DNA of 48,637 nucleotides from Conidiobolus incongruus B7586 (Eukaryota): positions 1-48,637 of the forward strand of contig JNEM01013595.1 in assembly GCA_000697335.1 (NCBI GenBank). Direction: 5' to 3'. Below the pieces are notes generated by a model. That model was not told where the DNA came from, searched no databases, and saw nothing but the letters and a program-made list of their open reading frames with translations. Position numbers and translations under genes: made by a program. Below are positions 1 to 11,607 of this stretch, piece by piece (position 1 is the stretch's first letter; each line of letters opens with the position of its first letter).

Positions 1-286
1 AATATTAAGTATTAAAAATATATAATATTTCAAATTATAATAATTTTATTCAAATTGAATTAATATTTAAATAATATTTTCATCTATGAAAATATAAAAT
101 AAAATAGAAATATAATTAATAAATCTTTATAAATTAAATAAATAATGAATATTTCTATATATTTTTATATTTTGAATTATTAATATATAAATTAAAAGTG
201 ATTATTAGATTTCCATTTAATATAACTATATATATTAATGATTTTCTCTTAATTGTTAATTAAAATTTTAATTTTAAAAATCTAAG

Positions 287-616
287 TGTTATATTTTGAA
301 AATACCTGTCTATCTTAATTTGATAGTTAAGTCTATATTACCCTTCATTTATAATAACATTATTGGTTCATAAACAAATAATATATTTTATTTTTTTTTA
401 TTAGAATTTATTCTGATTATATGCCACTCACTAAATAAATTATTTAAACCCAAAAATGATAATAATAAAAAAAAGTTTTTTTTGGATATTTTGCTATAAT
501 ATCATAATAGTAAATAAGCTTTAAAATATATAGGTTTAATAAATAATCTATTAAATAATATTACAAGCACTTTTATAACAATAATTTTTATTAAAAAATA
601 TATTAAAAATACAACA
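287..616 (+). mobile_element. Solo-LTR-like repeat family A, copy 1 (most AT-decayed)
   Basis: Begins TGTTATATTTT and ends AAAATACAACA (TG...CA with ~11-bp terminal inverted repeat). Flanked by TAAG on both sides (283-286, 617-620), a candidate 4-bp TSD. Alignable by eye to copies at 23461, 26533, 32022 and 33808. Confidence 0.75.
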
Positions 617-1881
617 TAAGTGATAGGGAATAATTTTATTTATTACTCAAGTGACTCTAATTATTATACTAATTTAAGAACTTATATTAGAGATACTTTA
701 TTTTATAAACTAGTTAAACCTATTACTTAATAAATATATCTTTCTATCTTCCTTTCAAAAGTATCCAGTCTTTAAGTTTTTTTTATAATATTCACAAAAA
801 TATTCAATATTTATTTTATTCATAGTAAGTTATTTTCATCTAATTAGATGAACTATATTAATTTTATCAAATTTTATGGTAATCTATTTTTTACCATTGG
901 CATTCCCTATTTAAGCTTAAAACCTATTCTTTCTAGCAATTATAGTTATTATAAATATTACTTATTAAATTAATTTAATAAAAAAATATGAAAATTTTAG
1001 AATTATAATCTGATTTATTTAATATATTTATTATTAATAATTATTCTATTATTATAATATTATAAATATCTTTAAATTTTATAATTTGGTAATATATTAA
1101 TTAATTTTTGATATAATACTAATAATAAAAAAGGATAAGATTGAAATTTTGAATATTACTCTAAAGTATATTATTATTTTTAATATATATTTATATTTTA
1201 TTTGATAAGGTTGAATTGGAATTTATTTTTAAATTATATGAAAAGAAATTAAATAAACAGTTTTTATTTTGAAAATGAACTAAAAAAATATTGATAAAAT
1301 TTGATAAAGTAAATTTTGAAATTAATATACATTGATATGAATTGTGATTTCCTTTATTTAGGCTATTAATATTAATATAATAACTTTGTATATTTTAATA
1401 ATATAAAGTTTAAATATTATCCAATAATAAATTTTTAATAATTAAATATATCTATAAAAATATTTATAATATTTTTAATATTTAATTAATATTGTATATT
1501 ATAATAATTTATAATATCTTTTTTATTCATATTTATTCTTATTATATATAAAATTATAAATGAATTTAAGTATTTATAATAAATCAATATTTCCAAAAAT
1601 ATTTCAATATTGACTTGAATTATGAACTTAATTCAATATTATTAGAATTGTCTTAAAATTTATTTAACAAAATTATTTTTAAAATACATACTCTGATTTT
1701 ATTTTAAATCAATAGTCTCCCTTATATTTTTAAGTGTTTAATAATATAGATATTTAAATATCTATTTAACTATTCATTATAAACAATGTTATATAAAAAT
1801 TAGATAAAATATTTTTAAAAAAATCTATAATTGATTATTAGAAAATTTCAAAATTAAATAATTATAATTAAAAATAATTTA

Positions 1882-1902
1882 ATATATATATATATATATA
1901 TA
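1882..1902. repeat. (AT)n microsatellite
   Basis: About 10 AT units. Similar tracts lie near 3254-3275, 8514-8532 and 19704-19721. Confidence 0.9.
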
Positions 1903-1907
1903 CTAAA

Positions 1908-2101
1908 TAATTACAAGATTTATAGGACTAATTAAGCAGAGTCAGGATATAAAGGAAGCTAAGCTAAAAGTGGCTATCAATGGATTAATTTTACCAGACT
2001 TCATCTCTATCTGTAGAATGTTATATTGTTATATTATTTATATGAGAGTAAATAATATTATATTTTATAGGAATTCAGAGACCATCTATGGGTCTGTGAT
2101 A
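1908..2101 (-). mobile_element. Solo-LTR-like repeat family B, decayed copy
   Basis: Reverse complement aligns with 48143-48337. The 22-mer at 1925-1946 is identical to 48299-48320, and the end GGTCTGTGATA corresponds to TGCCACAGATC. Confidence 0.7.
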
Positions 2102-2363
2102 ATATATAAAAATAATTTCACCTTAAGTAATTTAGTTAATATCAAATTTTAAAATTATTATAATAGTCAAATATTTTATAATATTTTATTTCACTTAATT
2201 TTTTCAAATATTTTAAATATCATAAATATAATATTATAAAATAGAAAGTATTAATCAATCAAGTTATTTTTATTTTATTTTATAATTTTTAATATATTTT
2301 TAAAGCTAATTTAAATTTTTTGTTAAAAGGAAAACATTAATAAATTTTTTTAACTAATGTTAA

Positions 2364-2382
2364 AGATGTGTATAAGAGACAG
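2364..2382 (+). other. Tn5 mosaic end / Nextera adapter sequence (probable library artefact)
   Basis: Exact 19/19 match to AGATGTGTATAAGAGACAG. Confidence 0.95.
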
Positions 2383-5314
2383 ATTTTAGAGGGTTTATGG
2401 TTAAGTTTTAATAATATTAAAATTACAGATTTTTGATAACTATTATATAATTTAAATATAATTATATTAAATAATAGATTTTTAAAAGTTAATTTTTTAA
2501 TCAAAAACATTATATATCTATATATTAGTTGAAAATTATTTATTTTCTTATTAATTATTTATAAATATATCTATTTTTCCTAAATTTAATAAAATATTTG
2601 AAAAATAACAAATTAAAGAAATTCCCATTTTTTAATGATATAATAAAAATCCCTTTTTTTATTATATATTAAAGTAGAATAAACTAATCAATAGTTTTTA
2701 TTAAAAATATAATCAAATGCTAAAATAAATTTAAATGAAAAGTATAAATACTGATAATATGCTTATTAGCAATTATATAATAATATAACAAAAAATATCA
2801 TATCAAAATAAATAAATTTATATGATTATTTCTAAATATAAAGTATTAAATTGAGTTTATATTTGATTAACTAATGAATTGTTGAATTGAAAATTGATTT
2901 AAATAATTTAATACTGAAATTAATTTCACTGATCATAAATAGTATATTGAATGTTCGAGTTTTAAATTTGAATTGATAAAATAAAGGAATTTATTTAGTT
3001 AAAAAAATACAATAGTGCATTGTTTTCATTTTGATAAAAATTTAATATATAACTATAATATCTTGATATTGATATTAGTTAGATATATTTATATTTCTAA
3101 AACTGTTTATTATTTTCGGAATATTATATTTTATTTCAATATTCACTTTTTGAAAAAAAAAATAGAAAATTAGTTGAATTTTTCAAAGATTAATCTATTT
3201 CTCTTAATTCTTATTGATTATTGTATCAATTATCAACTTATTCCTGAAATCAGATATATATATATATATATATATTAATAATTGAAATATAAATTTTAGA
3301 AATTTTCACAAAAAATCAGTTACAGTTATCAAAATTAAGTAAACAAATATGGTTAAAAAATTGATTCAATATTAATATGTCCTTAAAGAGCATATATAAG
3401 GACTAGAATTTAATACATTGGCAGTTTTTATAATATAGTTAGATAACATATATGTTTATTAAAAACTATCAAATATTTTTATTAATATTAAAAAATTATA
3501 GAAGTAAGAATGGTAATTGGAAATATTATTTTATTATTTCATAGAACAATATATTTATTTAATTGATTTAAATATCTTAAAATATGAATATACTTGAATT
3601 AAATTTGTAACTTATATGAATTAAACTTGACAAAGTTTTTCAATTATATAAAATATTTTATTTAATAATATCAATCAATTTTATTGACATTAATCTCTTT
3701 AAGAATTATTTTATATAATTGAGTAATTGTAATTATTATTTATATAGTTTTACTCTGATCATAGTAACTTTCCAAAATATTGATAAATCTAACCTGAATA
3801 TATAACAAATTATGATAACTAATTATTCATTTCTTAACAATAAATATAAAAGCATTTTGAAAAAAATCTCTGAAATATATTGTAAAATTTTTTATTAAAA
3901 TGGTTAAAATAATTAAAAAATGATATTACAAAATATTTATTATACGAAATCTAGAATCTATAAAATTAATATTTTTACGCCATTATGATTATATTCAAAA
4001 ATATCCTATAAATAATTTTTAATATAATCAATATTAAATTGACAATTATTCTCCAAACAATTTAATTCAACAGTCCATAGATTTAATAGAGATATTTAAT
4101 TGGTTAATAATTGAAAAAAATTATACCAGTTAGCATTAATAGACCCACATATTGCAAAAAAAATTCACATATTAATCAATCTATAATAGCTGCAGTAATA
4201 ATGCTTTTGGGCTCTTAACTGCGTCCTTATTCCTATATCACATTCATGAATACCAATTAATTTATCAGAATCTTCATCTGATATATTAGTAAACTTATTG
4301 ATATATTATGGTTTAATAGTGAGAATAAATTGATAATTTATTCAATCTAAAAATATTTTTATTAAATAAACTATATATTTATATACAAAAATAATTTTTT
4401 TTATTTTTTGTAATATATAATAAATTTTAATTATTTTTTTTTTATTTTATAAAAAATTATAATCAATAATAAGATATTTTATTGTAAATTTTTTTTATTT
4501 CAATATAAAAATATAATAATTATTGTTTATTTATTCAAAATTTAATAACATTGGAGTATTTAATTAAAATAAAATTTAGCAAAGTTTGTTAATATAACAA
4601 ATAACTTAAAATCCAATATAGCTTCACCCAATACTACCAAATGTTGCTACACTTCAAAATGGCAGGTTCAACAGTTTAAGGGATAAATCCTATGCAGCAG
4701 ATGATGTAAAATGTGATATTCCTCTTGAAAACATAACATAAAATAGATGCATTGAATTAACCATATTATAATTATTTTTTTTATAATTTAATTTTAAAAT
4801 TAATTAAAATTTAATTAGTTAATTTTAATATATTTTTATGAGGTTTTAATATATAAACTATTTGAATTTGATTTGAATTAATAAAAAAAGAATCAAAAAA
4901 ATTTTTTAAATATTTTTTATCAATTGAAATGTGCATTAAATTTAATGCACAGATGAGTCGATTTTGCATAAAGGATAAATTTATTGATTATTAATTCCCT
5001 TTTATATATTAATTAATTATCACCCTAGTCTAATTAATTTTTTTATTATATTTCAATTTAAAAACAGCTAGTATAATTTTAAATTCAATTATAAAAATGA
5101 TTCAATAAATTTTTATACTATTTTTAAATTAATTATTTTTCTATTAATTTTTTCTATTAATTATCCTTATTTTGAAAATTAATTTGGTTAAATGATGTGG
5201 GATAAAGTAATATTTTCCCAAATTATCAAAATTAAATCTAAATACAAGTAATTGAACTTTATGGCTTACACGATTGGGGTGAATTTAGAATTTAAATTTG
5301 ATCCATTAATGAGG

Positions 5315-5322
5315 TATAAATA
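5315..5322 (+). promoter_or_regulatory. TATA box upstream of the 5410 ORF
   Basis: GGTATAAATA ~95 nt upstream of the ATG, followed by a CT-rich tract (5353-5370). Confidence 0.45.
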
Positions 5323-5409
5323 CACAAGATTACCTTCAATGTTAACTAAAGCTTTTCTTTTCTTTTCTCTGTTTATTTATCTTGACTTTAGATTAATAGA
5401 TTCGAAAAT

Positions 5410-5832
5410 ATGATAAGTCATTATACAATATATGAGAGAATGATTCAAAGTTTAAGCTCCATTGCAATCTATTTATTACTCATGGTGAATACTTCTAGCA
5501 ACCAGCAGTTAATACCTTTCACAGCCCAACTTACCCCTGCCATAAGTTTAATAACCTTCTTATTCACTTCAACGCTCCTGGAATTTGACTATTACTGCGA
5601 TTTATTTAAAGTTGACAGATATAAAAAATATGAAATACGGCTATGGATGGAACCTTTAGGGAATTTTTTATTGGGTACCTTTTGGTTTAGTGTATGCTTT
5701 TCCCAGTGGCTTTACTTTCTCTTTTCTCTCTCGCACGTTCTTCCAACCTTCAGCTTACTCGATTATTCATTTATCCTTATTCTAAATATTAATTCAGCAA
5801 GCTGGTGGCTACATTATTGGATCAAATTCTAA
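5410..5832 (+). CDS. Small 4-TM membrane protein, MARVEL-like (140 aa, intronless)
   Basis: ATG-started ORF, locally GC-richer than its flanks, with four hydrophobic segments. N-terminal R-x-x-Q-x-x-x-S-I pattern (ERMIQSLSSIAIYLL) and third-helix FW resemble MARVEL domains. Confidence 0.6.
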   Translation: MISHYTIYERMIQSLSSIAIYLLLMVNTSSNQQLIPFTAQLTPAISLITFLFTSTLLEFDYYCDLFKVDRYKKYEIRLWMEPLGNFLLGTFWFSVCFSQWLYFLFSLSHVLPTFSLLDYSFILILNINSASWWLHYWIKF

Positions 5833-7076
5833 ACAAAAGATACTAACTACCATATTTACTAATTTAATAACAAAATCATAATAAATAATCAAAAAAATAA
5901 TATATAGAGATATTGTTTTGATTATAACCTATTACAAAAATCGTCCAATGAAACTAAAGTTAATACTCCCTCATAAAACCAGTTGTAAATTTATTCATAA
6001 TAAAGTATAAGGGATTTAACAAACGAATAACATGCTTAATAAATAATATCTTATATATAATATATTAAACAAGTTGATCTATTTGAAACCAAATTTTCTA
6101 TTTATCTGTTATTTAAGTATTAAATTATTATGAATCAAAGGTTTGAAAATAATCAATAAAATTAATTAATTAAAAATAACAAATATATATATATATAATA
6201 TTTCAATAAATTAAAATTTCAAAAAAATTATTTTTTAATTTTTAATTTGATAAATATACAATATTAAATTATTAAGTAATTTTTTTTATGAGTTTAAATA
6301 TTAAAAAATTTTATAAACAAATTATCATGTGAATTATATATTTAATTTTAATTATTTAAAAGAATATATAAACAATGGATAATTGATTAATTATAATAAT
6401 AATAATAATATAAAATATAAGTTTCATCATTTTTGAAATTCTATATATTTATATAAAATAAAAATTGTTATAATATTTTCTTTATCAGGTTTATCGCTAT
6501 AAAGTTGAATTTTATAAAATATAGCAATTCAGAGGTGTGAGAAAAAACTTGTTCTATGAATGACCTTGAATCTCGACTCTTCCCAAGGTTTATCAATGTG
6601 ACAATGTAAATTATTTCAAATATAATTGAAATAGGAATAGAAAATTTATAAAATAAAATACTTTGATTTTATTTATCCAACTTTGGATAAGATACTATCA
6701 ATTTAAATTATTAATTGTTATACAATTAATTATAATAATTACCTTTTTAGGAATAATTGGTAAATCTTAAATATATTAATAATTATACTATATTATTGGA
6801 ATTAATATTATCAAACATTTAATTATTATATATAGTTATTTGTAGAAAATTAATGCAAAAAAATATGAATTGAATATAATAGATATTATAATTGTTCTCA
6901 ATAGTTTAACCATTTCAATTGAAGAATATTTAAAATTAAGCTCAAATTTACTTTAATTCCTTTGCTATTTAAGTGACTAAATAATTAATTACATCGTGTT
7001 TCACTTGATTGTGAACTCATATATAAAAAATTATCTATTTAGTATTGATTCCATATTTTAAAGCTTTAAATTCTAA

Positions 7077-7104
7077 AATTAATTAATTAATTAATTAATT
7101 AATT
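7077..7104. repeat. (AATT)7 microsatellite
   Basis: Seven perfect AATT units. Confidence 0.9.
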
Positions 7105-7392
7105 ATTATAATAAATGTTATACCAATTAATGGTTGCATAATTCAAAATATAATTTATGAAATATTTCAAGAATTATAAGTTAAAGCTAAAATAGTAATA
7201 AATTAAGGAAACCTCATTAATATAACTCATTAGTGTTTAGTGTTTATTTTTTAAAAAAAATTATTATCAATTAGAAATATTGAACAAATACTAAATTTAA
7301 TTCTTACCTAAAAATACCTTTTATTAATTAATATTTTTCAACTATCAATTTATATACACTCTTTTCCAATCAACAAATATATTTTATAATAA

Positions 7393-7812
7393 TGTCGGGT
7401 TGTAACCGTGGGAAGAACTAGGTTTTAGAGCTTAAACAGGGAATCACCAGTGGTAATTGTCAGGTTACCACAAAATTAGGGGAAATTAATGGGGTTCACC
7501 AAATTAGGTGAGAATGGCTTCTTATGAATCGGGTTCTTTGAATAAAGTAAGTATCTCACGCTCGTCACGACTCAATACTTTTTGTGAGTGTTACGAGAAA
7601 ACTTAGAGATTGTATACTTTTGAAAATGAAGATAAAAGGATATGTTTATTAGTTTGCTTATGATAATCTTATAATAGGTTCCATTGTTGATCTTTGTGGA
7701 CATGAATGACTTACAGGCAAAAAGTAATAGGATCAACTAGTTCATGGGATGCAATATCTCCAATGTGACTTCTCGAATCCTGCGGTAATCGGAGTTTCTT
7801 GGGTAATTGACA
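7393..7812. mobile_element. Putative solo LTR, 420 bp, hairpin-rich
   Basis: GC-richer island starting TGTC and ending GACA, with AATAAA at 7541 and no ORF. No clear TSD and single copy in the window. Confidence 0.5.
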
Positions 7813-7920
7813 GGATTATTCTCCATCAATAACATATCAATGTATATTTTCATTTAATCAATATTTTTAAATCCAGGGAAAAGAGCCTGATCAAAAACTG
7901 TTGAATATTTATTTAATATT

Positions 7921-8199
7921 GTCGCGGATCGTGAGGTTCGCTCGTTATTCAATTTGAAGCATTGATTATTCTTCCGAATATAATTTACTCACAAGTACCA
8001 TGCAGAATACTTGTACAATGTGAAATTCCGGATAACAACTACAAACCGTGTTTCAAAATATTATCCTAAGGACTGATAACTCCAATTTACTCGGGAGATC
8101 ATCCCGATCAAGGCTAAATTAAAATATCTCATTAGTCATTCTTGACTCATTTTATCAAATTTACTTGATCTTTATTGCAAGGCTAATTTCTAGCAGACT
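7921..8199 (+). repeat. Left arm of ~280-bp inverted repeat (structured non-coding element)
   Basis: Reverse complement of 11125-11401. Identical over 7940-8103, with substitutions only outside that core. Confidence 0.95.
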
Positions 8200-11124
8200 T
8201 GTAATACTAAACCAAAGTTTCATCTTATCCTCAATTGACAGATGCAAGTAGTTTTCCCTTGCTTGAAATATAATTTTCATCCGAAATTAAATGCAAAATT
8301 GATTCAAATACAAGACACCAAGATGAAAAAAGCGGATTGAAATTATTTAAATAGTTTATTTAAGCTGACACCTTTCAATCATTTATGTTTAATGGTGTTA
8401 GATTTGTAAAATGATCAATTTGATATTGAAATTATTATTTAAAATCAATATTGTTCATAATAATATGATAATTTTCATATAATTTGTATTTTATGGTAAT
8501 TGTCCTGATTGAATATATATATATATATATATAGGTATATTAATTTAATATATAATAAAAATTATGAAATTTATTAAAAATATTTTTTGTTATAATTTGA
8601 AATTATAATATATAATTGGGTGATATATAAGATTATTAACTAAATTTGATAAATTTAAAACTTATTAAAATTAAAAATTTAAGTTTTTTTAACCTTTTTT
8701 TAAATGAAATAAAAATAATTAAATTATAAATTATTTTAAATTTATTTTATTATATTATAAATTCAATATTATCAAAATTTATTAGCAATTTTATATTATT
8801 ATATAAATTTTAAAAAAAATAATACAAAATCCATAATTAATTTATATTGAATAAAAATAAAAAGTTAATTAATTATTATATTTATATATATTTATTAAAT
8901 GATATTTTTTATATTTATTTATAACAATGAAAATAAGTAAGATATATTAGTATAGAAGTACTATTCAACTCTGTAATATCTAATATATATAAAAACAATA
9001 ATTTTTTTCAATATTAAGTAAATCTTGATTAGATTAAAATAACAAGATATCAATAGAATAAATTGAAATTAATTGCAATATTAAAAAAGGTTAATAAAAA
9101 TTTAATTTTAAAATTATGATTAGCATTTAAATGCAAAAAAGATGATTAAATTGATTAATTAAAAGTTAGCCTTATATTTCATTCTCCAAAATTTTATTTC
9201 AATTATAATAATAGATTATTAATTTTATTAAAATTAATATTTAATATTTGGGGGGTTTTCTGTAAGGATTAACATGTCAAATTTATCAAATAAAATTTTA
9301 TTTAATGATTTAATCTTACAGTTAATTCAACCATATTTTCTAGTCATTAAGCTAATATTATTCAATATACAATTATTCTAGTTTTTGAATCGTTTTATAT
9401 ATTTTTATTAATATAATTATTATATAAAATTTTGGAATAGTATTACAATGTTTCAAAGATCTATATTTTAAATTTTAAACTTTAATATTTTGTATTTCCG
9501 AATCGCTTGAGATTCAACAAATAACTTATTGAAGGTAGGATTCAATGCAAATAAACAAATACAAACTACCACAATATTAAATTTTCTATTAAATGATAGC
9601 GACTATTTTATTAGCAAAATATTTACCTTTAGAGATAATGATCAGTATATAATTGAATTATCTGTAAACCTTGGGTAGAGAATGGGCAAGTATACTCGAT
9701 TCTATATCAATTAAATGAGAATTTTACATGGAACCTATGGTACTTGAAAATTACGTTGCAATATTGGGTTATCAGGACACAAGACTACAGGCTCAGATGT
9801 TTCATTAACATAATAATATTTACAGTATAAGAACATTTACTTTTTCATTTATAAATGAAGGTATTTAAAAACAATAATTGTTTAGCACTTATCACTGTTG
9901 TAGATAGATAACAATATTAATATATTATAAGCATAAAAATATATAATAAATTGTTATACACAAACTACATAATTTATAAAAAATTTCAAAAAAAGAGATA
10001 TACTGTAAATTAAATTTAATATTTACAATTTTATAATAGAATTTTAAAGAATAAAATATGTTATTATTATTATTATTATTATTTTATTATTTTTGAGAAA
10101 AAAAGATGTTTTTTAATATTATTTATTATTATTTAAATCATACAAAAAAATAATTCATATCACTATTAATTTATCAGGGTATATATTAGTGATTAATCAC
10201 AGAGTTTAATCTGGATAAATTTTAAATGAAAATTTATTAATTAAAATTTCTAATAATAATCTATTATTATTATTATTTTTTCTCAAATTTTTTTGGTTAT
10301 AATATTTATTATTTGATAGAGTTATCATATTAAGTAAATGATTTTAAATATTATGATGTTATATTAAATGTGGAAATCATTATAATATTAATTAATATAA
10401 AAATTATTAGAATGAATAATTTTAATTATATTTGATCAAATAGAGATGAAAATCATTACAATAATATATGTAATATAATACTATACTTAATACTCAAATA
10501 TTCAAATTTTTTTAATATTTATAATAAATCAATAAAATAAATTGATGACCTACATACGTTAAAATTAATTATTTTGGAGTTGTTCATTAAGTCTTACGTC
10601 ATTACAACTATGTACAAAATTCACAACAATCCCTTATTCTTTTAAAATTCAACAGTATTCTTGGCATCTAACAAAAAATTGATTCAAACTTGTTCTATAG
10701 TATTTGAAAGATAAAATAATTCCAAATTGAGTGTAATTTTAAGTGATTATTATATGTAGTTAGTTAGATTTTTGATAGATTTAATATATAAATAAATAAT
10801 TTGAAAAAAAATTTCTTTTTATATTATTAAATATTGAAATAAAAATAACTAAAATCGATTAATAAAATTTTTTTAAACACTTATCTTTTTTTGAAATTAT
10901 ATATTAATTAACATCAATTCATATTACCAATTATTTACTTAGTTTAATAAAAATAGATTAAGTGTTATATTTATATTTCAATATACTAGAGTAAATTAAG
11001 TTATTTGATATCTATATTTAAGTATATAGTGAAAATACGTTATCTCGAAACCAATAATTATAAAGATATTTTTAATATTAAAGTATAATATGACAATAAT
11101 TGAGAATTAAACAACATATTGAAG

Positions 11125-11401
11125 GTCTGCTGGAAAGTAGCCTTGCAATAAGGATCAAGTAAATTTGATAAAATGAGTCAAGAATGACTAACGAGATATT
11201 TTAATTTAGCCTTAGTCGAGATGATCTCCCGAGTAAATTGGAGTTATCAGTCCTTAGGATAATATTTTGAAACACGGTTTGTAGTTGTTATCCGGAATTT
11301 CACATTGTACAAGTATTCTGCATGGTACTTGTGAGTAAATTATATTCGGAAGAATAATCAATGCTTCAAATTGAATAACGAGCAGATCTCCCGATCTGCG
11401 A
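11125..11401 (-). repeat. Right arm of ~280-bp inverted repeat
   Basis: Reverse complement of 7921-8199. Ends ~200 bp from the STU1 stop codon. Confidence 0.95.
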
Positions 11402-11607
11402 TTGTATTTAAATTAATCGGTAATTTGATTAATTATTTATTTTTTGTAAGAATATTATTCAATAATTTAAAATTATAAAAGTTATTATATAATTTCAATT
11501 AAAAAAATTTCAAAACTGATAATTTAATCTACAATCAATATAAAATTCACCAATAAACCATTAAAAGATATCAAATATTAATTCAAAGATTTAATATAAA
11601 TATTCAA

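Noticed and set aside
1970..2152. 60-aa ORF
   Set aside because: GTG start, and it lies on a decayed LTR-like repeat and AT-rich flank.
4560..4764. Slightly GC-richer patch, possible minus-strand gene relic
   Set aside because: Stops in all frames and no recognisable motif.
6483..6603. Possible short LTR relic (TATCAGG...TGTGACA)
   Set aside because: Single copy, degenerate 5' end and no TSD.
7422..7432. GTTTTAGAGCT, matching the start of the Cas9 crRNA repeat/sgRNA scaffold
   Set aside because: Only 11 nt, single occurrence, no array or scaffold continuation. Chance match.
8068..8105. CTGATAA followed by a CTCC/GGAG stem, resembling a hammerhead core
   Set aside because: Core is not CUGANGA and no GAAA follows stem II. 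TGAT simply pairs with ATCA.
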